From assembly GCF_018977255.1 (NCBI RefSeq), contig NW_024704743.1:110734001-110798000 (forward strand): DNA of 64,000 nt. Direction: 5' to 3'. Source of the stretch: Callorhinchus milii (taxonomy: Eukaryota). Positions 1 through 11,633 of the stretch are shown here, piece after piece. Positions within the stretch are counted from its first letter, which is position 1. Each line of letters begins with the position of its first letter. The position numbers and the translations under genes were made by a program. Below the pieces are notes generated by a model, which saw only the letters and a program-made list of their open reading frames with translations, did not search any database and was not told where the DNA came from.

Positions 1-647
1 GTTTAGGCTGACTATCAATTTAACCTTTTCCCACCAAATTGATTTGCTATTGTGTTCCAATCTTTGACTGTCATTTGATATAAAAGAGCCTGTTTAGCGC
101 TGAAGTGTAACTTTTTGAATGACACGAGGAATATTTCAGTAATGCACTCAAAATTAATTCATAGAACAAAATGGAACACTTCCTGACAGTTATTGCACTC
201 TCTGTACAGCAAAAAAAAATAAGAGTCCTGGGCAATCTAAATGATAATTAACCCCTAAAAGTGCCCATTACGGTAGGTTTTACATGACCTATATTGCAGC
301 CTCCTCCTCTTGAGAGTAAGGTATTTACTGGATTACAGGCTTTACCTGGAGAAGTCTGCTTCCAGTAATTCTACAATAATTTTTCCTTCATTCTCGGGTT
401 GTGTTTTTTATTTGAAATGGGCAGCGAGACACATCCACCATTGATGTAGCATTTTGGTTTGGCCATATTCATTTCCAGATTGTCAACACAGGATTGTGAA
501 AATAACAACTTGCACCTATATAGCTCCCTCCATGCAGAGTAGTGTCTCAGAGCGCTTAACAGTGCCAGAGCCTGACTCCAAGGTGGGGGGGGTGGCGCTG
601 GTATTGTGGTTACTCAGAGCCTATTATGGGGATTGTTGGTTTAATCA

Positions 648-946
648 TATAATAATAATAATCCTTGCATTTGATATAGCGCTTTTCACATCTTCTAGAC
701 ATCTCAAAGCGCTTCACAGAATATGCTGTAAAGTGAATTGACTGTATATTTATGGGTGAAACGCGGCAGCTAATTGTGCACAGCAGTGTCCCACAAACAG
801 TCGTGGATTGAAAATGACCAATTTATTATTGTTTTTTTTGGAGGGATTATTATTAGGCGTGTGGCGAAAGGAAACTTGCCCAAGGTTTCTCCCAGGTCTC
901 TCGCTTGCAAGGCGAGTGCTCTAACCACTGAGCTACAGGACTCCAC
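648..946 (-). mobile_element. tRNA-Ala-derived Deu-domain SINE, internally deleted head
   Basis: Reverse complement of the family seen at 19019, with a (TAT)n tail. Confidence 0.9.
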
Positions 947-1153
947 AGGACATTTAACTAGGACATTTGTCTTTCATTTATGGAACACAACACACTAGAG
1001 CGTTGTATTACCATACATAAAATGCTTCTCCTGCGGGTTACCTTTATAAGGTGAAGTACTACCAAAAACCTACTGTCATGCTTGAATGTACAACAAGTGT
1101 GCACAAAGGGGCTATTTAGCTATCTAACAATTATATATTTATTTTGTTGCTAG

Positions 1154-1205
1154 ACAAATGAAGTCTCCAGAACAGAATGGGGATGACGAGAACCTGATGA
1201 GTGTG
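1154..1205 (+). CDS. PAG1: PAG1 (Csk-binding protein/Cbp) internal coding exon, 52 nt
   Basis: Bounded by ttgctag| and |gtacgt. Reads (R)QMKSPEQNGDDENLMSV, matching human PAG1 ..EKKPRQHSGDHENLMNV. The transmembrane exon must lie upstream of the window. Confidence 0.85.
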
Positions 1206-1354
1206 GTACGTGTTCTACAATCTTGACATTCAATGACAATCCACTGTATGTGCCAAAGATCAAAGGGTGTGTTCCAATAAATTAACCACTGAGATAAATA
1301 TTGCGCTCTGTAATCTTTGCAACCCCTTTCAAGGTCCGACCATACCTCACACCC

Positions 1355-1530
1355 AATAAACCCAAAACCTTCGTCTGCGCTTTTGTGATTTTACACCTCG
1401 ACTAGTCCAATGCCCTCCTCACCGGGCTCCCCAGCTCCACTACTCACAAACTACAAATGATTCAGAACTCTGCTGCCCGCATTCTCATTCACACTAAACT
1501 CCGTATCCCCATCACACCAGTCCTCCCCAG
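1355..1530 (+). mobile_element. L2 RT fragment
   Basis: Reads SNALLTGLPSSTTHKLQMIQNSAARIL...PITPVL. Confidence 0.8.
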
Positions 1531-2092
1531 GATCCACAGAGGATCAAATCTAAGGGTGGATGGCACTGTTTGTGAATATGTGCAGAAAATATGGAGTTTG
1601 GGTTGTTTTCATTGTTTGGCATACTTCAGCGTGGAGGTGTGCAGCCGGGACATTCTTCACTTCAATGGAACATTTCTATAGTAAATGCTGGGTAGCTGGT
1701 CAACATTATTGCAAGAGTATGACAGTGTTGACCTTCTGCAAATCAGGCAGTCAAGTTACTGCATTAAGAGTTTTTGCAAGCACGCAATATACAAAGTTTT
1801 ACATAGGTAGCAAATAAAATCCTGTGAAGCACTTTGAGACATCCCCTTGATACAAAAGGGGCTGTATCAAATTCAAGGAGTATTTAATTATTTATTTAAC
1901 AGTGAAAAGACCAGATCCAAACCTTGGGCTTCTGGATCTGTAAGGCTCAGTTTCACATTGAAGCAGAATTGGAGGTCTAATTTGCAATATTTCTTAACAG
2001 ATTTCTTAATGAGTGTGTATAATCAAAGACTATTAAGTTTCAAATTAACTTTTTTTGCTGCTACATAACTGATGTACAATTGTACTTTTCAG

Positions 2093-2189
2093 CCCTCCGA
2101 GAAGGAAACCCAAAGTTATTCAGTTACAAGTTTTGGGACTGATCTACCGGCAAATAGTTGTCAAAATGGGACCCTCACAAATGGAGATG
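2093..2189 (+). CDS. PAG1: PAG1 internal coding exon, 97 nt
   Basis: Bounded by cttttcag| and |gtaagc. Reads PSEKETQSYSVTSFGTDLPANSCQNGTLTNGD vs human PSDKEMFSRSVTSLATDAPASSEQNGALTNGD. Phases agree with both neighbouring exons. Confidence 0.92.
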
Positions 2190-3456
2190 GTAAGCCAGCA
2201 ATATATAGCGGTTAATCATCTGGTAAATTTTTAAAGATAAATTCTACAAAAGTTATCTCTTTTTCTAAAAGAACCTGTTAAGCAACCTTTCACACTCATT
2301 ATATACTCAGGCATTGGGCACAGCTTGGATTTGTAAAACCATTTTTTTAATGAAACAAATTCATAATGTTCTACTTTTGGTTTGTATTGAGTTAGCTGAT
2401 CGCAGCCCAGACTGAGAATTGACCCCAACAACAACAACAACTTGCATTTATATAGTATCCTTCACGCAGGTGGGGCTTCTCGGAGACCTTGACCTCAGTA
2501 GGAAGTGCTAAAGAGGACAGATGTTAATTACTATCCAGGAATTCCTAGTGGAAAGTGCACTGAGCTGTGACATCCATCATGGTGTTGCAGCCTTCTGACA
2601 CTCAATGAAAAAAGACATTTAGCAGAGGGTGGTCATGGAAGCAAACCCCAACAAGAGGCACCGTCATCGTAAGATTTACATAGAATTACTCAGCACAGAA
2701 ATGGGCCATTCACCCCAACTAGTGGGTGATGAAGTTTATACTCCTCACCCATCCTATTCCCCTCTCCCATATACCTCTTTTCCCTTCGGCCTCATGTATG
2801 CATTGTTTTCCTTTAAATATAGTGATGCTATTTGCTTCAACCACAGCTTCGGGTAGATGATTCCCACATTCTCACTCAACTTATATTTATGGCCTCTGGT
2901 TTTGGACTCACTGATGAGTGGAACGAGACCAGCAACATCTATATTATCAAATCTTTTCATATTGTTAAAATACAGCAGTAACAATAGTTTTTGTACAATG
3001 GGTGCATTCAGAATTTTGTCTTTAAAATATGTAAATATACATCTGTGTATATGTATTTGTGAGAGTTCATCAGGTGCTGAGATGAAGGTGCATCACGTTA
3101 CTACAACAATAATTTTACATTTGTATAGCACCTTTCATGTCAGTATGGCATCCCAAAGCACTTCACAGAATCAGCTGGGTTGCCCAATGGTACACATAGA
3201 CTTTTGGAGCTTGGCTTCCATTTTGATTCTTCAGTCATCGCCATAGTTTCATTCTCTGCTCATTTTCTATTCATTAAATGTATTTAAGTAGTTTTGATTT
3301 GACCTCATTGACCCTCCTAAGCCATTATTGCTTTTTTGTGGTGTGTCCTTGTTAAATCAGGGCAAAGTTGGAGTCCTACTATTAAAGAATCTGAAGTAGC
3401 CACATAGAAATATAGATTTTTAAAGTAAACTATTGGTAATACATTTTGATTTGTAG

Positions 3457-4037
3457 TTCTTTCAGGTGACAGTGCAACTACTGATGTTCAGCCTTCAGGC
3501 GATGAACTGCCTCCTGATGTAGCAAATCAACAAGATGCATCTTCTCGGTCCTCAAAGTGCCCTCAGACCAGAGAGCTGCCTCAGATTCCTGGGAATGGTT
3601 CAGTACAGAACACTGAATCCACACAAACACCCAAAGGTGAGACGACTCGGGGCGCGTGCGAGACCTACGAAGTTCTAAAGGACAGTACCTCGCAAGACAA
3701 CATCATCGAAGACTCTCTCTACGAAACTGTCAAGGAGCTAAAAGGGGAACGCGGCACTGTAGAAGAGTCCGCATGCGTGGCCCCCGAAATTAACAGTCAG
3801 TCAGCAAATGCAAGTGCAGTTGTCTTAACACAAGATCAAAACGCTGAACTTGCTGATGGTACACAGACGGTGGAATACGCGACAGTGGACAAGCAGAACA
3901 AGAATCGTCAGAGCAGTTCAGCGGAGCGGGTGTTGAACTCGCAACAACAGGCTGAAGAGGACCCTCCCCCACTTCCAACAAAGGATTTGGGTGAGAATGA
4001 CTGCACGAATAATGATCAGGAGAGAGCTGATGCAGAG
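3457..4037 (+). CDS. PAG1: PAG1 large internal coding exon, 581 nt
   Basis: Acceptor ttgtag|. Open frame contains KCPQTRELPQIP, YEVLKDSTSQDNIIEDSLYETVKE, EYATVDK and EEDPPPLPTK, all recognisable PAG1 motifs. The donor GAG|gtagct is weak, so the 3' boundary is less certain. Confidence 0.93.
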
Positions 4038-5464
4038 GTAGCTATAAATTCCTTTTGGTCTATATATTTTTGAAGCTCTTATTCAATGTACCAACTTTCC
4101 AACACGAGGTAATGGAGAGTGTAGCAAACAGTCCTCCTTGTCTTACTCGTCTTAACAGTACCACGTAATTTGTGCCGTTTTCAAGTTCCACAAGGTCCTT
4201 AGGAATCCCTTCTTCATTTTCTCATCAGTGACTTGAGTTAACAAATCATATGCTAACATTTCTTGCCAAAGATTCCTGCAATAACAGAAAATTTATCTTG
4301 TTTTTTAAAAAAAATATATTTTTAAACCTGTTTATCTATTCCTGAATGTTTTCAGAGGTTTATTTTGTATGTTTGAATGGGATCAGGGTAGCTCAGGTTG
4401 TCAATATTAAATGGCTGCTCTTTGTTGTATCTCTTCGTATTGATGTGCATAGAATTCTGATGAATGCTTAGATCACTTAACCTTTAATTACATTCTGAAT
4501 TGCTTTAAACCCAAATACCAAAAAAAGACATTTGCCAGTTTTCTCCCTCCTCCTCTTTACTAAAGACCTTGAATCTTCCTGGGGTCCGGTTCCAAGCTGC
4601 CAGATCCTGGATAAAGAGGCCATTATTGGGGGCAGGGGGAGAGGTAATAATGTAAAACATTGTCTTAGCAACTATATACCTACATAATAGAAAACTGAGA
4701 GAACAAAGACGTTCGAAAAGACATTGATTCATTGACTCTATGAAGTTCAATTTGGTGTGAGCGAAATTAATGTGGGTATTGTTTAACGTTGGTGCTGATG
4801 TTCACCCTCTTTTTTCTCCATCGATTTGAATAGTTCAATGAACAAAGGACTCCAATCTTTGAATGGTTGTTCAAGTTCAGAAAACAAGCGAAGTTTGCAG
4901 GGTGCAAACCGAGCTATGAACATGCTTATCTGTGTGTGCGCGTGTATTTGTGTTTCCATGCATATTTATGCCAAACAGGAAGAGTAAAAGCAGCCCCGCA
5001 ATGGTCAACATAAGACATTACAGTGAACATTAAAGAAAGTACAGTCAGATGCGTTGTAAAATGGTGTTTCTTTGTTCACATAACCATGCGAGAACTGGCT
5101 GCTACTGTTATGTCAGGAACAGTCAAACACCTTTGCTCTTGCAATGGGAAAAATGGATGAACAAATAAATGCAACAATACCCTTTATTTCAGTTTATTTT
5201 AACTACTTAAGAAGGATTGAAGCATGTTCAAATGTGCTTTGATTCCTGTCCTGCTTTGCAATAATCATATTAGTGATTGAGTCTTGGTTTCTCTATGTGT
5301 TGAAAGTTATGCATATCCCTGTCAAATATTGTGTTTACAGCTGAAAGCACAAAATAATTTGGATTAATTTATTTTATTACTCATGTAATTTAGCATTCTG
5401 ATTTTACACCTTCACCTCTCACACCGTCTGCACGTCATCTCCACAAATGGTCTCACTTCTAGCC

Positions 5465-6543
5465 CCTGCACCATCTTGTGCGACGTTCCTCAGGGCTCTG
5501 TCCTTGGTCCCCTCCTCTTCAATATCTATATGCTCCCTCTTGATGGCATCATCCACAGACATGAGGTCAACTTCCACGTGTATGACACCCAACTCTACCT
5601 ATCTGTCTCCACCCTCGACTCTAGGACCACTGCTGTACTGACAGAATGTCTGTCAGACATCAAGTCCTGGATGAGAGCTAACTTTCTCCAGTTGAACGTC
5701 AACAAGTCCGAGGCCCTCCTGATTGGCTCCCGTCAGCACCTCCTCACTTCAGGCACTGACAGCATCACCAGCCATGGTTGCACACTCCACCTCACTGAGC
5801 CAGTCCAGAACCTTGGAGTCTTGTTTGACCCTCAACTATCCTTTCTACCCCACATCTGTGGCATGACCCGCCCTGCTTTCCTCCACCTCCGTAACATCAC
5901 CCGCTCCGCCACTGTCTCACACTGCAGGCCGCCAAAACCCTCATACACACATTCATAATATCCAGGCTTGACTATGCAAACTCCCTGTTTGTCGGCCTTA
6001 CCGGCTCTTCCTTCCATAAGCTGCAGATCATCCAGAACTCTGCAGCCCGTGTGCTCTCCCTCACCAGGCTCCATGACCCTATCACCCCCATCCTCGCCCA
6101 ATTCCACTGGCTTCCCATCACACAAAGGATCCAGTTCAAGATCCTGGACCTCACCTTCAAAGCCCTCCTTGGCCTTGCTTCCCCCCTACTTCTGCGACCT
6201 CCTAACCCCCTACCAAATTGCTGGCTCCCTCCACTCAGCAGGCTCCCTGCTTCATGTCCCCCATCTCGCTTGCCCCACCATTGACAGGCGGGCCTTCAGC
6301 TACTCTGCCCCCACCTTCTGGAACTCCATCCCGCAGTCCCGCCCCCTCCCTTACCTCCTTCAAGGCCCATTTCAAGACCCTCCTCTTCAACCGTGCCTTC
6401 GGTCAACCTCCTTCACCCCCTGCCCTCTACCCTCCTCCCCGATCCCAACCATCACCTCAGGTCTGAAACACTGATTGTCCAGCGCCTTGGGATGTCCTCC
6501 CGATGTGAAAGGCGCTATACAAATGTAATTTTGTTGTTGTTGT
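5465..6543 (+). mobile_element. 5'-truncated L2-clade LINE (RT C-terminal half plus 3' tail), disabled
   Basis: Reads VPQGSVLGPLLFNIYMLPL...WMRANFLQLNVNKSE...LHWLPI-like. The YADD motif is reduced to YDTQ at 5581 and there are frameshifts. Tail gatgtcctcccgatgtgaaaggcgctatacaaatgtaatttt(gtt)n. Confidence 0.93.
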
Positions 6544-7779
6544 TTACACAGTAATGAGATTTTATGATCGTTCTGATGAACAACCTGTTGACACAATGCA
6601 GGTATGAGCAATGAATGGCTTGCTGAATTGTTGTTGACTGTGAGTGGAATCGTGGTTGCTATGGAGTGGAAAGCTTTTAAAATTTGATGAGAATACCTGC
6701 CCGCTTTCTTATTCAAAGCACCAGCTTTCCACTTGCACTGCAAACACTGTGATTGATGCATTTCTGAATGTGAGAGTGCTGTTGAACAATTTTAATGGTG
6801 TAGTTACTGAGATGCTGTCAAGCTTTCCTGAATCAGTGCCTGAATACTTGCCCGTTAATGATTAATGGAGGAGGAGAGGAGCGTTCTTTAATTACACAGG
6901 AATCCAATCATTCTGATATTCCTATCATTCTGATGTTTCAACTATCCCCAGGGAAGGCAGTCAATGGCTGAAACTTATCATGTTTGTAGGCTTAAGACTG
7001 TCATATTAAAACTTAAGGTTATGTGGAATTTCTGGAAGCAATCTTAAATTCATTTTAAGTTTAAGAAGGAAGTCAGTACTTTTTCAATACTGCGGAAAAA
7101 CCAGTTGGCACATAAAGACTGAATTTATTTAAGACTGTTCTGGAAAATTTCACACCATCTTCAATTTCTAACCCAAAGATTATGAGAAATCTTGGGCTCC
7201 AGATCCGAATGGTTGAGCTTTGTCTGGTAACTGAATGGTGACTAAAATATGTGTTAGTTATTCTCAGGTTTTTCCTGCTTACTGTTCAAAGGAGAAAGTA
7301 GGTTATTCCCTTCACTGGCCCATGGAGAAACTTTCAAGAACAACAACAAGATTACATTTGTATAGCACCTTTCACATCGGGAGGACGTTCCAAAAAAAAG
7401 AAAGCAAAGGAATGGGGGCAAAGGCACATAATAGCGTGAAAGAAGACTTGCACATAAGGGTCTCTTTGGGCACAATGCTGGCTTGAGTCTGAAGACTAAA
7501 TTGTAGTTGATTAATCTATGCGGAAAAAAATAGAAATCCATTTTTCCAAACTTGCTGTTCCCTGTGATGAGCGCTTCTTTTGTTATAATTTGCCTGATGC
7601 AGCCAAGATTTTGTTTCATCTTTTCCCCTGAGACATGTTGTGATACTTTTTCACAAACCTTGGTTCAAGCTCTAAGTAGGTGAATTATTAATATTGGCCA
7701 CGTGACCTTAATACAGTTTTGCAGCTTCACACAAACTCCCTATGAATGCGTTTTGTTCTCACAAGATCACAATATTAGT

Positions 7780-8370
7780 TTGAATGAAGAAGGCCCTTTA
7801 GTCCATCTGATTTCATGCTTCCAGAACACGCACCTCCAATCACAGCATCAATCCATTTTTTAAATGAGTCCAGTGTCCTGAACTCAAACACCTTTCCTGG
7901 CAACCTGTTCCAGTCATTAATTATCTTCTGAGTAAAGAAAACTTCCTGGTGTCTGTCCTGAAATTGGTCTTTGCAACTCCCTGTCCTCTTGTTCTACTGT
8001 TTTGGTGCATCTTAAAGTAATCATCTGAATTTACGCTTTCAATCCCAATAAACAAATTATACATGATGTCTCCTCTGAGTCATCTTCTCTCAACACTGAA
8101 GAGCCCCAGCTTTGCTTATAGCTCATTCCTCTCACACTGGAGTTCATCCTCATTATTCTCCTCTACATTGCCACTGCCTGTAAGGGCCTGAGCAGCTCCC
8201 TTATGTCACAGTGACCAGAACTGTATGTAAGAGCTCTATACAGCTGACATTTGTTAATCTAAACTCAACTGATTTAGCAATATAGCCCAGCATCCTGTTT
8301 GCCTTGTTTATTGCTGCCTCATACTATTTTCACATTGCGACCAACGAGTCAACTAACACCCGTAGATCCA
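7780..8370 (-). mobile_element. Old CR1 LINE 3' fragment
   Basis: Degenerate reverse-strand match to the CR1 RT C-terminus. Smaller pieces lie at ~2680-2980 (-), ~18290-18510 (-) and ~49800-50060 (+). Confidence 0.6.
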
Positions 8371-8459
8371 GCAAAATCTGTTATCAAATCTGTCATCACA
8401 CTCACACTCGCTTGCATCAGCACCTAAGTTTGTTTGGAATCCAAAAGCTTCCTGTTTTT

Positions 8460-9180
8460 CACACATGAGGCTGCAGAGGAATGAGTTGCACAGGCTCAGG
8501 AGCTGGCAAATAGACAACCCACTGTGAAGCTGATTCTACCTCCCTGGTGCTCAGCAACAGATCAGAGTAGGCTGGAGCCCTCCCTCCCTGTAGCCACTTC
8601 CCATGTTTGCCGCAGGTCAATGTCACTGCTTGATCCTGGACTTTGTAAATGGGCTTTGCTGCATCCCCAGAAGCTCGTATCCAAAAAAGAACTATTTGCA
8701 CACTTGTATGCCATAAGCTTGACCTGCACAGGGACCTTGCTGTCCTTGAACTGAGACAAGCTTGACCAGAGTGCCCCTTGCGCCTTCTCTGCGTGGTATT
8801 CAGGACAGTGTCCAAGCAAACGTTTGTGTCCACCACAACCGTCAGATACTCAGAATCAACAATAGGGTTGATGCCCCTTGTATTTTCTAATCAATGCAAT
8901 CAAGTCTTCTCTTCATCTATGCATTGCATTTGCTGCTTCTCGTTTCATCATGAGGGCTTCATGAGGCATGAGGTCAAAAACCTTGCAGAAGTCATTGAAC
9001 TCAATGTGGGTGGGTTTACCCTTAGTCTTGCGACATTCTGTGATCTCACACAAAGCCACAACTTGTCCCGTACATTCCTCACAAGAACACAAACCAGCCC
9101 GTTTCTTCTTGATCAAACCACAATCCTCCAATGCATACGATACACACGCAAGGTCATCAATTCTTTTAAAACAACATCTT
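8460..9180 (-). mobile_element. Degenerate non-LTR RT fragment (RTE/RTE-X-like)
   Basis: Reads AGLCSCEECTGQVVALCEITECRKTKGKPTHIEFNDFCKVFDLMPHEALMMK, comparable to the RT block QAGFR..RSC..Q....FIDFxKAFDxVPH. Confidence 0.7.
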
Positions 9181-9376
9181 GCACTTAAATAGCGCCCTCC
9201 ACACAAGATAGCGTTTCAGAGCGCTTAACCGTGGTGGAGCCTGACTCCAAGCCGGGGGGAGTGGGGAGGTAGCCGCAAGCACGGTTAAAGAGGAAAGTTT
9301 TCATGTGGAACTTGGAAGAGGGGAGAGAGGGGGCAATGTGAGGGGATTGAGGGAGAGTGCTCCAGAGTTTTGGGGC

Positions 9377-9703
9377 ATAATAATAATAATAATAATAAAC
9401 CTTGCATTTGATATAGCGCTTTTCATGTCAGGAGGACGTCCCAAAGCGCTTCACAGAACACACTGTAAAGTGAATTGACTGTATATTTGTGGGCGAACGC
9501 GGCAGCCAATTGCGCACAGCAATGTCCCACAAACAGTCGTAGATTGAAAATGACCAATTTATTATTGTTTTTGGTTTTGGAGGGATTATTATTAGGCGTG
9601 TGGAGTAAGGAAACTTGCCCAAGGTTTCGCCCTCTGCCTGGAATTGAACTCAGGTCTCTCACTTGCAAAGCGAGTGCTCTAACCACTGAGCTACAGGACT
9701 CCA
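9377..9703 (-). mobile_element. Full-length tRNA-Ala-derived SINE (young subfamily)
   Basis: Near-identical to the 19019, 22430 and 40423 copies. Confidence 0.93.
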
Positions 9704-9721
9704 CAGAGTAGATAGTGAGAG

Positions 9722-10060
9722 ATTGATTCCCCTGGTTGGAGAAACTAAAACCAGGGGTCACAACCTTAAAATCAGAGGCCAGCCCTTTCGCATTGAGTTG
9801 AGGAAGAACTTCTTCACTCAAAGGGTGGTGAATGTATGGAACTCACTACCCCAAAGGGCTGTTGACGCTCAGTCCTTGAACATATTCAAGACTGAGATAG
9901 ATAGATTTCTTATTACAAAAGGGATTAAGGGATAGAGGATAAGGCAGGGTTAGGTTATTAGCTGGAGTTAGATTAGAAGATCAGCCATGATTGAATGGCG
10001 GGGCAGGCTCGAAGGGCCGAATGGCCTACTCCTGCTCCTACATGTTATGTTATGTTATGA
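9722..10060 (+). mobile_element. CR1-clade LINE 3' end
   Basis: Reads TKTRGHNLKIRGQPFRIELRKNFFTQRVVNVWNSLP..FKTEIDRFL; tail gggccgaatggcctactcctgctcc followed by (ATGTT)n. Confidence 0.9.
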
Positions 10061-10539
10061 ACCAGACGCTTAGGTTGCGCACTGATTCGGTGAGTCTTGA
10101 GTTTAAAAGGGAATTAATTACAGATTTGCTGTTTAAATGTATTTAATGGCAGCAAAATAACCTTTTTGTCTGCACTTAGGGGTGAGTGTAGATTTTGTTA
10201 TCTTTTGAAAATGGTTATGAAATATAATACTGCATAAGGAATCAGATTATACAGGAATTGTGGAATAACAGATAACTGAAAGTGAGTTATAAAGCCACAA
10301 TTCAACAAGGGGAGCAAATGATGCTTTAACTGTATGACAAGCTTGAGAACTCAGAATGGGTTATATGACTGTCCTTGTAATTAACCTATAATATAAACTA
10401 TTTTAATGCAACTTGAAACGTGTTGCTAAAATGTATCATGAGGAGAAGATATTTGCAGGTTCTCAGAACGACATTGCTTCTCGTTGTAATATTGCTGAAG
10501 ATTACAGCTTTTCTGAATGTCAGAAGGCTATCCTGTAAC

Positions 10540-10955
10540 AAACTCCATGCCCCCATCAAACCAATTCTAGCCAGACTCCACTTGCTTCCTATCGCCGAAC
10601 TGATCAATTTCAAGATCCTCACACTCATTTTCAAATCCGTTCATGCCCTGGCACCTCCTTATCTCTCTGATCTGCTTACTCCCCAACCCACTGCCTCCAC
10701 TCGACTGGCTTCAACCTCCTGCATGTCTCTTGTGCCCTCTGTTCCACCATCGGTGGCTGCGATTTCAGCCACTACGCCCCGAAACTCTGGAACACTCTTC
10801 CTCTATCCCTCCGCCTTGTGCCTAAATTCACCTCGAGACCTAACTCTTTGACGGGTCACCTCCCCCACCGGCTCGGCGTCATGCTCCACCGCTGTCAGAT
10901 GTTCTGGATGCCACCCTGTGTGAGGGGCACTATATGAATACAAGTTGTTGTTGTG
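10540..10955 (+). mobile_element. L2 3' fragment (second L2 family tail)
   Basis: Reads PIKPILARLHLLPIAELINFKILTLIFK..APPYLSDLL; tail gatgccaccctgtgtgaggggcacta...caagttgttg. Confidence 0.8.
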
Positions 10956-11313
10956 TTAGAAGGTTTTGCTTTTTACTTCCATTGGATTATGGAGTTATTC
11001 TCCATGTAATATACAGTACAATAGGTTGTTAACTTGTACAGCCTGTTCAGATCAGGTTAAGTTTTCAATCCACGACTGTTTGTGGGACACGGCTGAGCGC
11101 AACTGGCTGCCGAGTATCGCCCACAAAAGTACACAGTCAATCAACTTTACAGTATATTCTGTGAAGCGTTTTAAGATGTCTCAAAGACATGATTAGGCTC
11201 TATATCAAATGCAACGATTATTATTATTGAAGCAGAGCGAGCCTTTGTTGAGTTGAGTCCATCAAGTCTTTTAAGAGGGAATTAGATAGATACTAAAGAA
11301 TATTGAGGGATAT

Positions 11314-11633
11314 TGTGGAGTCCTGTAGCTCAGTGGTTAGAGCACTCGCTTTGCAAGTGAGAGACCCGAGTTCAATTCCAGGCAGGGCCCAAACCTTGGG
11401 CAAGTTTCCTTACTCCACACAGAGCCTAATAATAATCCCTCCAAAAACCAAAAACAATAATAAATTGGTCATTTTCAATCCATGACTGTTTGTGGGACGT
11501 TGCTGTACGCAATTGGCTGCCGCGTTTGCCCACAAATATACAGTCAATTCGTTTCACAGTGTGTTCTGTGAAGCGCTTTGGGACATCCTCCCGACGTAAA
11601 AAGCGCTATATCAAATGCAAGTGTTATTATTAT
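11314..11633 (+). mobile_element. Full-length tRNA-Ala-derived SINE
   Basis: tRNA-like head gtggagtcctgtagctcagtggttagagc, Deu-like core and L2-like tail. Confidence 0.92.

Noticed and set aside
3777..4073. Stand-alone 98-aa ORF
   Set aside because: Part of the PAG1 large exon read through into the intron.
5476..5958. Functional reverse transcriptase
   Set aside because: 5'-truncated, catalytic YADD partly deleted, and frameshifted.
6552..6601. Possible extra PAG1 exon (cag|...CAG|gtatga)
   Set aside because: It is 50 nt, starts with TAA in phase 0 and has no PAG1 similarity.
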